Of a stretch of DNA of 30,155 nt, positions 7,416 to 15,844 are shown one piece after another (positions within the stretch are counted from its first letter, which is position 1; every line of letters starts with the position of its first letter). The notes under the pieces were generated by a model, which saw nothing but the letters and a program-made list of their open reading frames with translations, had not been told where the DNA came from and searched no databases. A program made the translations under genes and the position numbers. The stretch comes from a virus (lineage: Duplodnaviria; Caudoviricetes): positions 1 to 30,155 of the IMG/VR virus record IMGVR_UViG_3300032248_000627; one strand, written 5' to 3'.

Positions 7416-7661
7416 TTAAGTTCTTGCCCAATTCTTGTTTATTTTACACCATTGACGTTTGGTATGCCGATCTTTCCGTTTTGCCGATACCCAGACACAA
7501 TCATCTTGATTATCCCAAACACGTAAAATGTTGCTTGCGCCATACGGATAGCCTACTCGCTTAAGCAATCCAGCAAGAGCTGATTCTTTAGTTTTACCGA
7601 AACATGGATAACTTGCACCGTATTCGCCATCGAATAGAAACTGCACACTATATTCAAACAT
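7416..7661 (-). CDS. hypothetical protein
   Basis: 81 aa; strong AAGGAG RBS. Confidence 0.75.
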   Translation of the reverse strand: MFEYSVQFLFDGEYGASYPCFGKTKESALAGLLKRVGYPYGASNILRVWDNQDDCVWVSAKRKDRHTKRQWCKINKNWART

Positions 7662-7743
7662 TATCTTTTCTCCTTATCTTGACAAGCCTAGTAAAAAGTT
7701 TACTAGACTATATACCCTATTCCAGTATCGTATGGGGTGGAAT

Positions 7744-7881
7744 TCAATATGTTCTCCGGTTTTCATAGTATGTGTCAACTGCTTTCTTGCCTATGACCAC
7801 ACTAAAAACAACAAGAAAAACAATTGCCCAACCTATCTTAAAAACAATCTCGAAACCACGGTCGTAGTCAGAAAGATCCAT
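7744..7881 (-). CDS. small single-pass membrane protein (45 aa, MDLSDYDRGFEIVFKIGWAIVFLVVFSVVIGKKAVDTYYENRRTY)
   Basis: Hand-translated; AAGGAATAGGACA-ATG RBS like its neighbours; not in the ORF track. Confidence 0.75.
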   Translation of the reverse strand: MDLSDYDRGFEIVFKIGWAIVFLVVFSVVIGKKAVDTYYENRRTY

Positions 7882-7885
7882 TGTC

Positions 7886-7969
7886 CTATTCCTTTCTTAT
7901 CTTTACTATTGTTGCCACTAAAGACTCAGTAAACCATAAAACTATTGCGATTAATACTATGTTAATCAT
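7886..7969 (-). CDS. 27-aa hydrophobic peptide (MINIVLIAIVLWFTESLVATIVKIRKE)
   Basis: ATGA-coupled to the upstream gene; fills the gap; one TM helix plus basic tail. Confidence 0.55.
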   Translation of the reverse strand: MINIVLIAIVLWFTESLVATIVKIRKE

Positions 7970-8250
7970 GCATTCACACTAGTTTCAATCGTCATTAATT
8001 CTTTCAAGCTCTCTGCTAATTCTTTCCAACTATCTTCTAATTCTTTCTCGAATTTAGCACGATTTTCATCGCGTTCGCGATAGTAAGCATTCATCCATTC
8101 CTTATGTTTAGCGTCCCTAAGCGCTTTCATTGCTTCATATTCCCTAGCCTTAGCCTCTTCACTTTTAACCATGCTAATCACTAAATATAGTGTAGTGATT
8201 GACAGGATGGACATAGTTAACATCAATACCGTTTGCGCCATGGTCATCAT
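7966..8250 (-). CDS. membrane-anchored coiled-coil protein
   Basis: N-terminal TM helix followed by a charged helix; AAGGAATAGA-ATG RBS; first gene after the promoter. Confidence 0.8.
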   Translation of the reverse strand: MMTMAQTVLMLTMSILSITTLYLVISMVKSEEAKAREYEAMKALRDAKHKEWMNAYYRERDENRAKFEKELEDSWKELAESLKELMTIETSVNA

Positions 8251-8313
8251 TCTATTCCTTATTCTCGTTTCCAGTTCCAGTTCCGTTTGTCGGTTAACCG
8301 TTCCGACACAATC

Positions 8314-8378
8314 AATCTAGTATGCTTATCGGTTCATTGCAAGGCCAGTATCAAAGAATTCCATAAAATTATTTTACA
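8314..8378 (-). promoter_or_regulatory. sigma70-type promoter of the minus-strand operon
   Basis: TTGCAA (8342-8337), 17 bp, TAGATT (8319-8314), with an AT-rich UP-like tract upstream. Confidence 0.7.
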
Positions 8379-8660
8379 TTGATTAGAATACGCTTGTTTC
8401 ATAGTATTTTTACGTTATTATTCTACCATAATAGTAGATTATTATCTTGTTTATTCGATTGTAGGATACCGACAAGATAGGGTAGTAGGTTCAAGGAATA
8501 GGTTAGAAAAATGGTTCCAGGTTATTGGAATTACAATTCCAGGTTAAACAGTAAGCTTACTGGAATTAATTATAGGTAAGGTTAAACGGCTTTCTTTATA
8601 TATCCTAGCATAGCATTTTTTTTTTATTGGACTCATGAAAAATATTTTTTCAGTTCCCAA

Positions 8661-8685
8661 TTCCAGGTTCCAGGTTCCAGGTTCC
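8661..8685. repeat. TTCCAGG heptamer tandem x3 (further copies near 8515 and 8537; TTCCAG x2 near 8269)
   Basis: Read directly from the sequence. Confidence 0.85.
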
Positions 8686-8687
8686 TT

Positions 8688-8840
8688 TACCTATTATGTT
8701 ATCTTATTGTTTTCTTGTTACCTATTATAATAGTAACATAGTTTACCTACCTTAAAAGTAGAATAATATTAATCTAATTAATAGGTAGTAAGTAGAATAT
8801 TAGGTAGGTAACTAATAGGTAGAAAGGAGGAAAACAATAA
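8688..8840. repeat. AT-rich imperfect inverted repeat with TACCTATTA x2 facing TAATAGGTA x2
   Basis: TACCTATTA at 8688 and 8719; TAATAGGTA at 8779 and 8813; TTATTGTTTTC/GAAAACAATAA arms. Confidence 0.75.
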
Positions 8841-8935
8841 CAAAATTAGGGGGCCAGGGGTTCTCACCTCTCCATCTCTGACCTATTTTTCATTCATCAA
8901 ATAATAACAATTAATATTATCTATCATCATCTCTT

Positions 8936-8964
8936 TTGCACTATCTATCTTCGTCTGCTATACT
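8936..8964 (+). promoter_or_regulatory. sigma70-type promoter upstream of terS
   Basis: TTGCAC, 17 bp, TATACT with extended -10 TG. Confidence 0.7.
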
Positions 8965-8997
8965 TTCTATTAATCACAGCGTCATCGAGTTCTACCA

Positions 8998-9468
8998 ATG
9001 GCAAAGAAACCAAAAGACGTTGCCATCTCTCCTGGACAGTCTGTCTATTCTCTAGTATCACGACCTATCTCAACGATTCGTGATTCCGAGATAGTGGATG
9101 CTCTCAAGGATTGCAAAGGTCTTATCTACTTAACAGCAATTAAACTTGGTTGTTCTCATCCTGATCTCGATCAGCGTATCAAGGCTAACGACAACCTCAT
9201 GTTGATTTGCAAGGGTGAGCGTGGTGGTATTGTTGACAAGGCCGAGGCCAAGTTAGTTGAGGCGATGGAAGGTGGGGCCAAGTGGGCCATTGAGATGATT
9301 CTTAAGACGCTTGGTAAGGAGCGTGGATATGTTGAGCGACAAGAGGTTCACAACCTCACCAAAGTTCAATTGCACATAGTCGAGGAGATAGTGGATCATG
9401 GAAGCTTCGACACCACAGCAACCATCGTTGACAACAAAAACAATCAAGCTCCACAAGGTCCAAAGTGA
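8998..9468 (+). CDS. terS: terminase small subunit (putative)
   Basis: HTH-like N-part; D-x-AE-x-KL...G-x-x-WAI...LK...GK-x-RGY pattern; lies directly before terL. Confidence 0.8.
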   Translation: MAKKPKDVAISPGQSVYSLVSRPISTIRDSEIVDALKDCKGLIYLTAIKLGCSHPDLDQRIKANDNLMLICKGERGGIVDKAEAKLVEAMEGGAKWAIEMILKTLGKERGYVERQEVHNLTKVQLHIVEEIVDHGSFDTTATIVDNKNNQAPQGPK

Positions 9469-10681
9469 ATTCAGACACTCTGCATCTCTTTATCGTGGGT
9501 TCGTTGGCGGTCGTGGTAGCGGCAAGTCATATGTTGGTGCATATGATCTTCTATGTCGTGCGATGTCAGAACGGGGCCGAGGCCGTCTCTACATGGTGGT
9601 GGCCCCTACTTACATCATTCTGCAAGATGCTTCAATGAGGACCGTGGTTCAGATCGCAGAAGACCTCGGTGTCATCAAAGAAAAATGGAAACAACCACCT
9701 CGCCTGATCTTGACAAACGGTTCTGAAATCATCTTCCGCTCTGGTGACGATCCAGAAAAGTTGCGTGGTCCCAACCTCTCTGGAGTGTGGCTCGATGAAG
9801 CCTCTCTGGTAGGCGAAGAAACCTACAACGTCTGCATCGCCTGTCTTCGAGAAGCTGGTCAAGCAGGATGGCTCTCTGCCACCTTTACGCCCAAAGGCAC
9901 CTCTCATTGGACCTACGAAGTCTTTGCCCGTAACAGGCCCAATACTGCCCTATTCCGCTCATCAACCAAAGAGAACCCATTCCTCCCTGGAGAGTTCATC
10001 CATGCTCTCCAAACACAATATTCCGACAAGCAAGCAGCACAAGAGATCTCAGGCGAATTCGTTGACCAAGAAGGTTGCGAATGGCCAGCAGCGCACTTCA
10101 CCGGGCACATCTGGTTCGATGAATGGCCCGACAACCGCCAAATCGCACTCAAGTCGATTGGCCTTGACCCATCCAAGGGAAACGACTCCAAGCACGGTGA
10201 CTTCTGCGCCATCGTCAAATTGGCACGCACCATCGAAGGCATCATCTACGTCGAAGCCGATCTTCAACGCATCGACTCCGAATCTATCGTTTCAAACATT
10301 TGCAACGAACAACAACAATTCAACGCTGATGTGGTCGTGGTAGAAACAAATCAATTTCAACATTTACTTGCCACACAGATCATTTCAACGTCAAGAAAAA
10401 AAGGCATTTCAATGCCTGTCATGTCTGTTTACAATAAAGTTTCAAAGGATGTTCGCATTCGTCGTCTTGGCCCGAACCTTTCCAACAAGATCTTCAGGTT
10501 CAAGGCTAATCACGAAGGTACTCGACTCTTGGTGAATCAATTGCGTGAATTCCCTATGGCAAAGTACGATGATGGACCGGATGCCTTGGAAATGGCCCTG
10601 CGTGGTATGATTTCAATCCACAATGGACGTGTTCAGACTCAAGGCAAAGGTGCGACACCAACACGAGGAATCCGATCATGA
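9398..10681 (+). CDS. terL: terminase large subunit
   Basis: Walker A GGRGSGKS, LRG, Walker B WLDEA, TP coupling motif, nuclease GLDP and HDD-like YDDGPDA. Confidence 0.95.
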   Translation: MEASTPQQPSLTTKTIKLHKVQSEFRHSASLYRGFVGGRGSGKSYVGAYDLLCRAMSERGRGRLYMVVAPTYIILQDASMRTVVQIAEDLGVIKEKWKQPPRLILTNGSEIIFRSGDDPEKLRGPNLSGVWLDEASLVGEETYNVCIACLREAGQAGWLSATFTPKGTSHWTYEVFARNRPNTALFRSSTKENPFLPGEFIHALQTQYSDKQAAQEISGEFVDQEGCEWPAAHFTGHIWFDEWPDNRQIALKSIGLDPSKGNDSKHGDFCAIVKLARTIEGIIYVEADLQRIDSESIVSNICNEQQQFNADVVVVETNQFQHLLATQIISTSRKKGISMPVMSVYNKVSKDVRIRRLGPNLSNKIFRFKANHEGTRLLVNQLREFPMAKYDDGPDALEMALRGMISIHNGRVQTQGKGATPTRGIRS

Positions 10682-12852
10682 ATCCGTTATCAGCACAATG
10701 GTGGCGTTCCCTTCTCTCTGGACAGCCTGCCAAGCCACCGGAAGAACCAAAGCGCAAGAAGCGTTCTCTCCGTGAAGCCGCCTACAACATGGACTTCAAC
10801 CTGGGCGGGTATTCTGACCTTCTCAGCAGGTTCACAGACGGTGGTGTCTACGCATATCCAATCGTTAACGTCAAGGATCGTCTGTACGGCTCGAACTACC
10901 CCTTCTGGTACTCAGAGCAGCAGTTGAACCTGATCAGGGCGCAGGCACGCCTTCTTGTAACAACCAGCCCCAATGCCCAAGGTCTTCTCAATGGACTGAC
11001 AAGCTACGTCATCGGCACCGGATTCGGTTACAGGGTCATGCCGAGGGATGGTTTTACGATTGAAGACAACCTATTGCTAAAAATTCATGATGTTCTTCGC
11101 AAGTTTTTTGATGACAACGAATGGGATCTTCTTGAGCAGGAGATCTTCTTCCGATCCAGAGAAGATGGCGAATGCTTCCTACGATATTTCCCGCAGCCAT
11201 CTGGACGGTTATTGATCCGCACCATTGAGCCTGAACAGATCTACCAACCACCAGGAAGCAACTTTGCCGAGTGGTCCTATGGTGTCCAAACTGAAATGGA
11301 CGATGTTTTCAGTGTAGTAGCATACAATGTGGACTATGACGCTCCTTTAGGTGCAGATCCTGATTCAAATCGAGAAGGCAGAATTGGAGACATTGTTCCA
11401 GCCGCAGACATTGTCCACATCAAGTGCAACGTCAAGAAGTCAATTAAACGTGGTTTGTCTGACTTCTCCTACGAAACACTTGACACATTCATCACTGCGG
11501 GAAAGCTTCGCAAGAACATGGGTGAAGGCGCATCGGTTCAATCGGCAATTGCTGCTATTCGACAGCACGATACCGCCACTCAAGAGCAAGTCGAGGATTT
11601 TGTTACTGAGAATATCGACTATTCAGCCTACACTGGGATTCCACTGCGTGAGACAGGATTCCAACGAATTGAGCCTGGTTCATTTCTGGATATTCCGAAA
11701 GGAATGAATTACGTTCAACCACCCGGTTCTGAGAACTATGAATCTCACCTGGCAATCTTTCAGTCGCTAATGCGTTCGGCAGGAAACCGCCACAATGCCC
11801 CTGAGTGGCTTTCTTCGAGCGATGTGTCCAATGCCAACTATGCATCGAGTTTGACGGCTGAAAGCCCGTTTTTGAAGAACTGTATGCGGTTGCAGTCAAT
11901 TTACAAGCGTCACTTTGGCAAGATTGTGCGTGAAGCCATCCTGACTGCTGCCGAGGCAGGTATCCTGCCAATGGGGATTGTCGATGCCATCGATGTCATT
12001 GTAACGCCACCAAACGTGGAAGCTCGTGACAGAATCGCAGAATCCACAGCAAACCGCACCTATTATGAAATGAAGATCAAGAGCAGCCAAACCATCTCGC
12101 AAGAGTTGGGCCTTGATTCAGAACAAGAGCGGCGAAACATGGATCTTGAGAAAGACCATGAAGATAAGCTCAATGCGGCAGATGTTATGGGTGGTGACAT
12201 GGCGCAGATCTCTGATCAGGCTCTTAATGGCCTTCAAATTGAGAACCTGGTGGGCATTGTTACTCGTGTCGCTGCTGGACAGTTAACCGTGGAAGTTGGT
12301 CGTGCGGTAGCTCATGCCGCTTTCCCCTTGATGAATGTGGGTCAGATCGCAGACATATTCCCCGAAAGCCTTTATCGCAGTGCCAAACCAGCACCCGCAA
12401 TGACAGGCGATCCTAAAGCCGTCACAGATTTGCCATCCGTTGGACAGTCCAAGGCAGATCCTGAAGAGCCACCAGAACCAGAAGATGTCGCAGGCGTTGC
12501 AGAATCAATTACAGAAGGCGAAGGTAAATATTCGCACATAAGCTTCAAGCCGCCATCAGGAGCAGTTAAAGCCGCCAAGAAGGGCTTGGAATTGCGAAGA
12601 GAACATGGCCGTGGTGGAACGTCTGTGGGAATTGCCAGGGCAAGAGATATCGCAGGCGGCAAAGAAATGAGTCCTTCCACAGTCAAAAGAATGTTTTCAT
12701 TCTTCTCCAGGCATGAGGTCGATAAGAAGGGCGAAGGATGGGGCGAAGACTCGAACGGCTACATTGCTTGGCTCCTGTGGGGAGGCGATGCAGGCTTCTC
12801 ATGGTCTAGGAAAGTCAGAAACCAAATGATTGCGGCAGACAAAAAGAAATGA
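10678..12852 (+). CDS. portal protein with C-terminal extra domain
   Basis: Follows terL; DGECF, RG-x-S and NYASS motifs of lambda-like portals; Pro/acidic linker followed by an extra ~110-aa domain. Confidence 0.85.
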   Translation: MNPLSAQWWRSLLSGQPAKPPEEPKRKKRSLREAAYNMDFNLGGYSDLLSRFTDGGVYAYPIVNVKDRLYGSNYPFWYSEQQLNLIRAQARLLVTTSPNAQGLLNGLTSYVIGTGFGYRVMPRDGFTIEDNLLLKIHDVLRKFFDDNEWDLLEQEIFFRSREDGECFLRYFPQPSGRLLIRTIEPEQIYQPPGSNFAEWSYGVQTEMDDVFSVVAYNVDYDAPLGADPDSNREGRIGDIVPAADIVHIKCNVKKSIKRGLSDFSYETLDTFITAGKLRKNMGEGASVQSAIAAIRQHDTATQEQVEDFVTENIDYSAYTGIPLRETGFQRIEPGSFLDIPKGMNYVQPPGSENYESHLAIFQSLMRSAGNRHNAPEWLSSSDVSNANYASSLTAESPFLKNCMRLQSIYKRHFGKIVREAILTAAEAGILPMGIVDAIDVIVTPPNVEARDRIAESTANRTYYEMKIKSSQTISQELGLDSEQERRNMDLEKDHEDKLNAADVMGGDMAQISDQALNGLQIENLVGIVTRVAAGQLTVEVGRAVAHAAFPLMNVGQIADIFPESLYRSAKPAPAMTGDPKAVTDLPSVGQSKADPEEPPEPEDVAGVAESITEGEGKYSHISFKPPSGAVKAAKKGLELRREHGRGGTSVGIARARDIAGGKEMSPSTVKRMFSFFSRHEVDKKGEGWGEDSNGYIAWLLWGGDAGFSWSRKVRNQMIAADKKK

Positions 12853-13901
12853 TTGATGCCCCGCTATTTATTGCCAACACAGAAGCCACCTTGAGATCGA
12901 TCGCATTTGCGACCAAGGTGGTAAGAGCCATCGATAGGAAGCGCAAGGAGGCACTCCTATCCTTGGACCGCAACAAGTTTGGATCAAACTTTGAATACGA
13001 AACTATGTCAGTTTTTGCTGACATCGTCCGCCTAATCAACCATGACGCACCAGCACTAATCAAAAAGCACTACAATGAAATAACAGAAATAATTACTAAC
13101 AAAATAGAACATACGGTCATGGAAGCACGGTCGAAAATTGCGACCACGGTGTTTCCTGATTTGACAGCGCAACAAGTTTCGCTTGTTGTGGCCAATCAAC
13201 AAATCCCTCAAAAGATTTACAACTCGTTAAAGCGGAGTGGCGCATCGCCAAGGCAAATTGCCAGCATGGTTGCCATCATGGCTAATCCAGCAGAGAGAAG
13301 GCGACTTCTAGACGATTACTTCCGCAGGCTCAGGAATGCCGCTTACGCTTCTGTTCGTACTGGAATGGCCTCAATGATCGGACAGACCAATCAAGAGGTT
13401 TACGACTCAATTCCTGCGGATGTAATTGGATTTCAAGTTCTGGGAATACTTGACAATCGCATCAGGCCTGCACACAGGGCGAGACATGGCACCATTTATT
13501 ACAAAGTGCCTGGCGTGGACCGACCAGGGTTTGAACAAATGCCAAACCCGCCACTCGAGGCCGATGGTAGCTACGCTTTCAATTGCCGATGTTCTTTAAT
13601 TCCAGTCTTTAAAGGCGACGACACAAAAGCCAGGGACATTCGTGGAAGAATAATTCCAAACGCCAAAGTCTTTTCTGTGTGGTTTGATAGGCAAACAGAA
13701 GCAGCAAAAATTGCAATTGTTGGTAAAAAACGCTACATGGCAGCAGTAAGTCGCAAGGGTGGTGGATCGCCCAACTGGATTGAGTTCTTGGACAGCAAAA
13801 CCGGAGTACTTATGACAGATAAAGAAATAGAAAATGAAACTAGAACAAAAAGAAGAAATAGAATAGCAAGACTTTATTCAAAAATTTCTATGAACTCTTG
13901 A
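12849..13901 (+). CDS. MuF / SPP1 gp7-like minor head protein
   Basis: LDNRIR-x-x-H-x-x-x-HG...PP...NCRC; follows the portal. Confidence 0.85.
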   Translation: MIDAPLFIANTEATLRSIAFATKVVRAIDRKRKEALLSLDRNKFGSNFEYETMSVFADIVRLINHDAPALIKKHYNEITEIITNKIEHTVMEARSKIATTVFPDLTAQQVSLVVANQQIPQKIYNSLKRSGASPRQIASMVAIMANPAERRRLLDDYFRRLRNAAYASVRTGMASMIGQTNQEVYDSIPADVIGFQVLGILDNRIRPAHRARHGTIYYKVPGVDRPGFEQMPNPPLEADGSYAFNCRCSLIPVFKGDDTKARDIRGRIIPNAKVFSVWFDRQTEAAKIAIVGKKRYMAAVSRKGGGSPNWIEFLDSKTGVLMTDKEIENETRTKRRNRIARLYSKISMNS

Positions 13902-13925
13902 CATAGGGTTACAAGTTGATAGCAT
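13898..13925 (+). promoter_or_regulatory. possible promoter giving a leaderless transcript
   Basis: TTGACA, 16 bp, TAGCAT with extended TG, 6 nt before ATG 13932; no SD. Confidence 0.5.
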
Positions 13926-13931
13926 CTCAGT

Positions 13932-15314
13932 ATGAAGACCATTCTTCTTGAAGAAATCCGTGACTACACATCGCTCGGCAATCTGAAGGTTGACCGGGTA
14001 GGTGCTATTGTTCACAACGTCAAGATTATCGGTTTTCAGTCGGCCAACGACCGTGAGTACACGCCTGAAGCACTACGACAGGCGATACCGATGTACGAAG
14101 GGGTCAATGTTAACATTGATCACCCTGATGGCGGTCCAGATGAGCAGCGATCAGCCTGGGATCGAATTGGTTTTCTTAAGAACATCAAGTTTGTGGAAGG
14201 CAAAGGTCTTTACGGCGACCTGCATCTTTTACCCTCGCATCCATTCACCGAGCGAATATTGGAAGCAGCAGAAAAGATGCCACAAATTTATGGTCTGTCG
14301 CACAATGCCAAAGGCGAAGGCTTTGAAGACAAGAAGACGAAGAAGTTCGTTGTCAACAAAGTAGCCGAGGTGAGGCATGTCGATCTCGTCGCAGACCCGG
14401 CAACAACGCACTCGCTGGCAGAATCGAAAGAAGCAGAGGTGCCTGCCGAACAAGAAGTTGAAGAAGGAGCGTATACAAGAGTGGGCTATAAAAGCCGGAA
14501 ACGTGGCGTAGGTGCCAAACGTGGGTATACGAAAACAAAATCAAAACTGTATGTAAGTCACGAATCGCAAGAGTCAGAAGATGGTCAAGATGAGCAATAT
14601 ACTAAGCTTCACGCTAAGATCATCGATATTTTGAAGCATGATGGGGTGCCTGATCATCAAAAGGCAGACCAAATATCAGACTTGGTTACTAATAGGTCAT
14701 CTAAGAAAGAGGGTAAAGCAATGCCAAGAATGAGCAAAAAAACAATCAAAGACAGTGAAGAAGCAGTTGCCGATGATGAAAAGGATATCAAAACAGACAA
14801 CCCCGATGATGACACGGAAGAGTCTAAAGATACTTCTGACACATCTAAGTGTCCTAAATGTGGCAAGATGAAAGAATCTTGTTGCAGTGAAGACGAAGAC
14901 ACAGAAGAGTCTGAAGACGATGTCGAAGAAGACGACGATGTCGAAGAATCAGAAGAAGATGCTGAAGAATCTGAAGAAGAAGACGACGAAGAAGATGCTG
15001 CTGCTAAACGGAAAATGAAGAAGGCAAAGAAGACTAAAAGCACCAAGGAAAAGTGTGCTAAGGAATCCAAGTCTTCTAAAAAAGCACTTGAGAACATCAA
15101 GGAGCTTTGTGAGTCACACAAATTGTCAGCAGATAATTCGCTTATCAAGGATCTTGCTGCTGTTCCAGTGAGCGTAGCTGAAGGCCTAATCAAGCGCCTG
15201 GCGAATGCTGAACGTCTTCTGAAGCCAAAGAGCGCCGTTAAGGCCAAGGAAGCACAGAAGTCTGAAATTGACATGCTTGAAGGCAAGCAGTTGTTTTCTT
15301 GGCTTAGAAACTAA
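13932..15314 (+). CDS. prohead protease-scaffold fusion
   Basis: SAN-x-R-x-Y, IDHP, GLSH and VDLV-x-DPA catalytic H/S/D pattern; long acidic and Lys-rich C-terminal half. Confidence 0.85.
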   Translation: MKTILLEEIRDYTSLGNLKVDRVGAIVHNVKIIGFQSANDREYTPEALRQAIPMYEGVNVNIDHPDGGPDEQRSAWDRIGFLKNIKFVEGKGLYGDLHLLPSHPFTERILEAAEKMPQIYGLSHNAKGEGFEDKKTKKFVVNKVAEVRHVDLVADPATTHSLAESKEAEVPAEQEVEEGAYTRVGYKSRKRGVGAKRGYTKTKSKLYVSHESQESEDGQDEQYTKLHAKIIDILKHDGVPDHQKADQISDLVTNRSSKKEGKAMPRMSKKTIKDSEEAVADDEKDIKTDNPDDDTEESKDTSDTSKCPKCGKMKESCCSEDEDTEESEDDVEEDDDVEESEEDAEESEEEDDEEDAAAKRKMKKAKKTKSTKEKCAKESKSSKKALENIKELCESHKLSADNSLIKDLAAVPVSVAEGLIKRLANAERLLKPKSAVKAKEAQKSEIDMLEGKQLFSWLRN

Positions 15315-15325
15315 GGAGTTTAACA

Positions 15326-15817
15326 ATGAGCGCCAATTTCGGTGGATCTCGATTTGTACAACCGCCACTCACCCGCACCGTGGTCTATAAGGCCAAGGGT
15401 GGAATTGTGATTAGCGTAGGCGACCTCATGTATTACGACTCTAGCGATGGCTATGCCAAGCCTTTGTCGGAAAAGGTCGCCTCGGGCACTGTGAATACCG
15501 ATCAGGTGTTCGTGCATGACAACTTTATTGGTGTGGCTCAGTCTGGGCGCATCGTACAGCAGACCACAGATGGTACGGTGACAATTGCCACCGATTGCAT
15601 CTACGAAGCAGCCTGCGAATCACAAACGTGGATTCCTGGTGCTTTGGTAACTGCTTTTTCTAGCGGCGTTGCTGCTGCCGGAGCAATTCAAGATCAAAAG
15701 GTTGATAACACAGCTTTGACCACGGAGGCCATTGGCGTTGTTGTCAAGCAATACACTGCCGCAACCACAACTGTGTGGGTTCGGCTTTACGGTAAATCTG
15801 CTCGCCAGGTGTTCTAA
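15326..15817 (+). CDS. head decoration / cement protein (putative)
   Basis: Small beta-rich protein between scaffold and capsid; I-x-x-GD and FIGVA motifs; AAGGAG RBS. Confidence 0.7.
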   Translation: MSANFGGSRFVQPPLTRTVVYKAKGGIVISVGDLMYYDSSDGYAKPLSEKVASGTVNTDQVFVHDNFIGVAQSGRIVQQTTDGTVTIATDCIYEAACESQTWIPGALVTAFSSGVAAAGAIQDQKVDNTALTTEAIGVVVKQYTAATTTVWVRLYGKSARQVF

Positions 15818-15844
15818 TTTAGGATCAATAAGGGGGAAAGTACC

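Noticed and set aside
7711-7743. Possible pseudoknot next to a hairpin at 7685-7709
   Set aside because: The second stem is only 3-4 bp, too weak to support
7732-7932. 66-aa + strand ORF
   Set aside because: Antisense to two better-supported minus-strand ORFs with RBS or coupling
14657-15286. 209-aa Ser-rich minus-strand ORF
   Set aside because: Antisense shadow of the GAA/GAC-rich acidic scaffold
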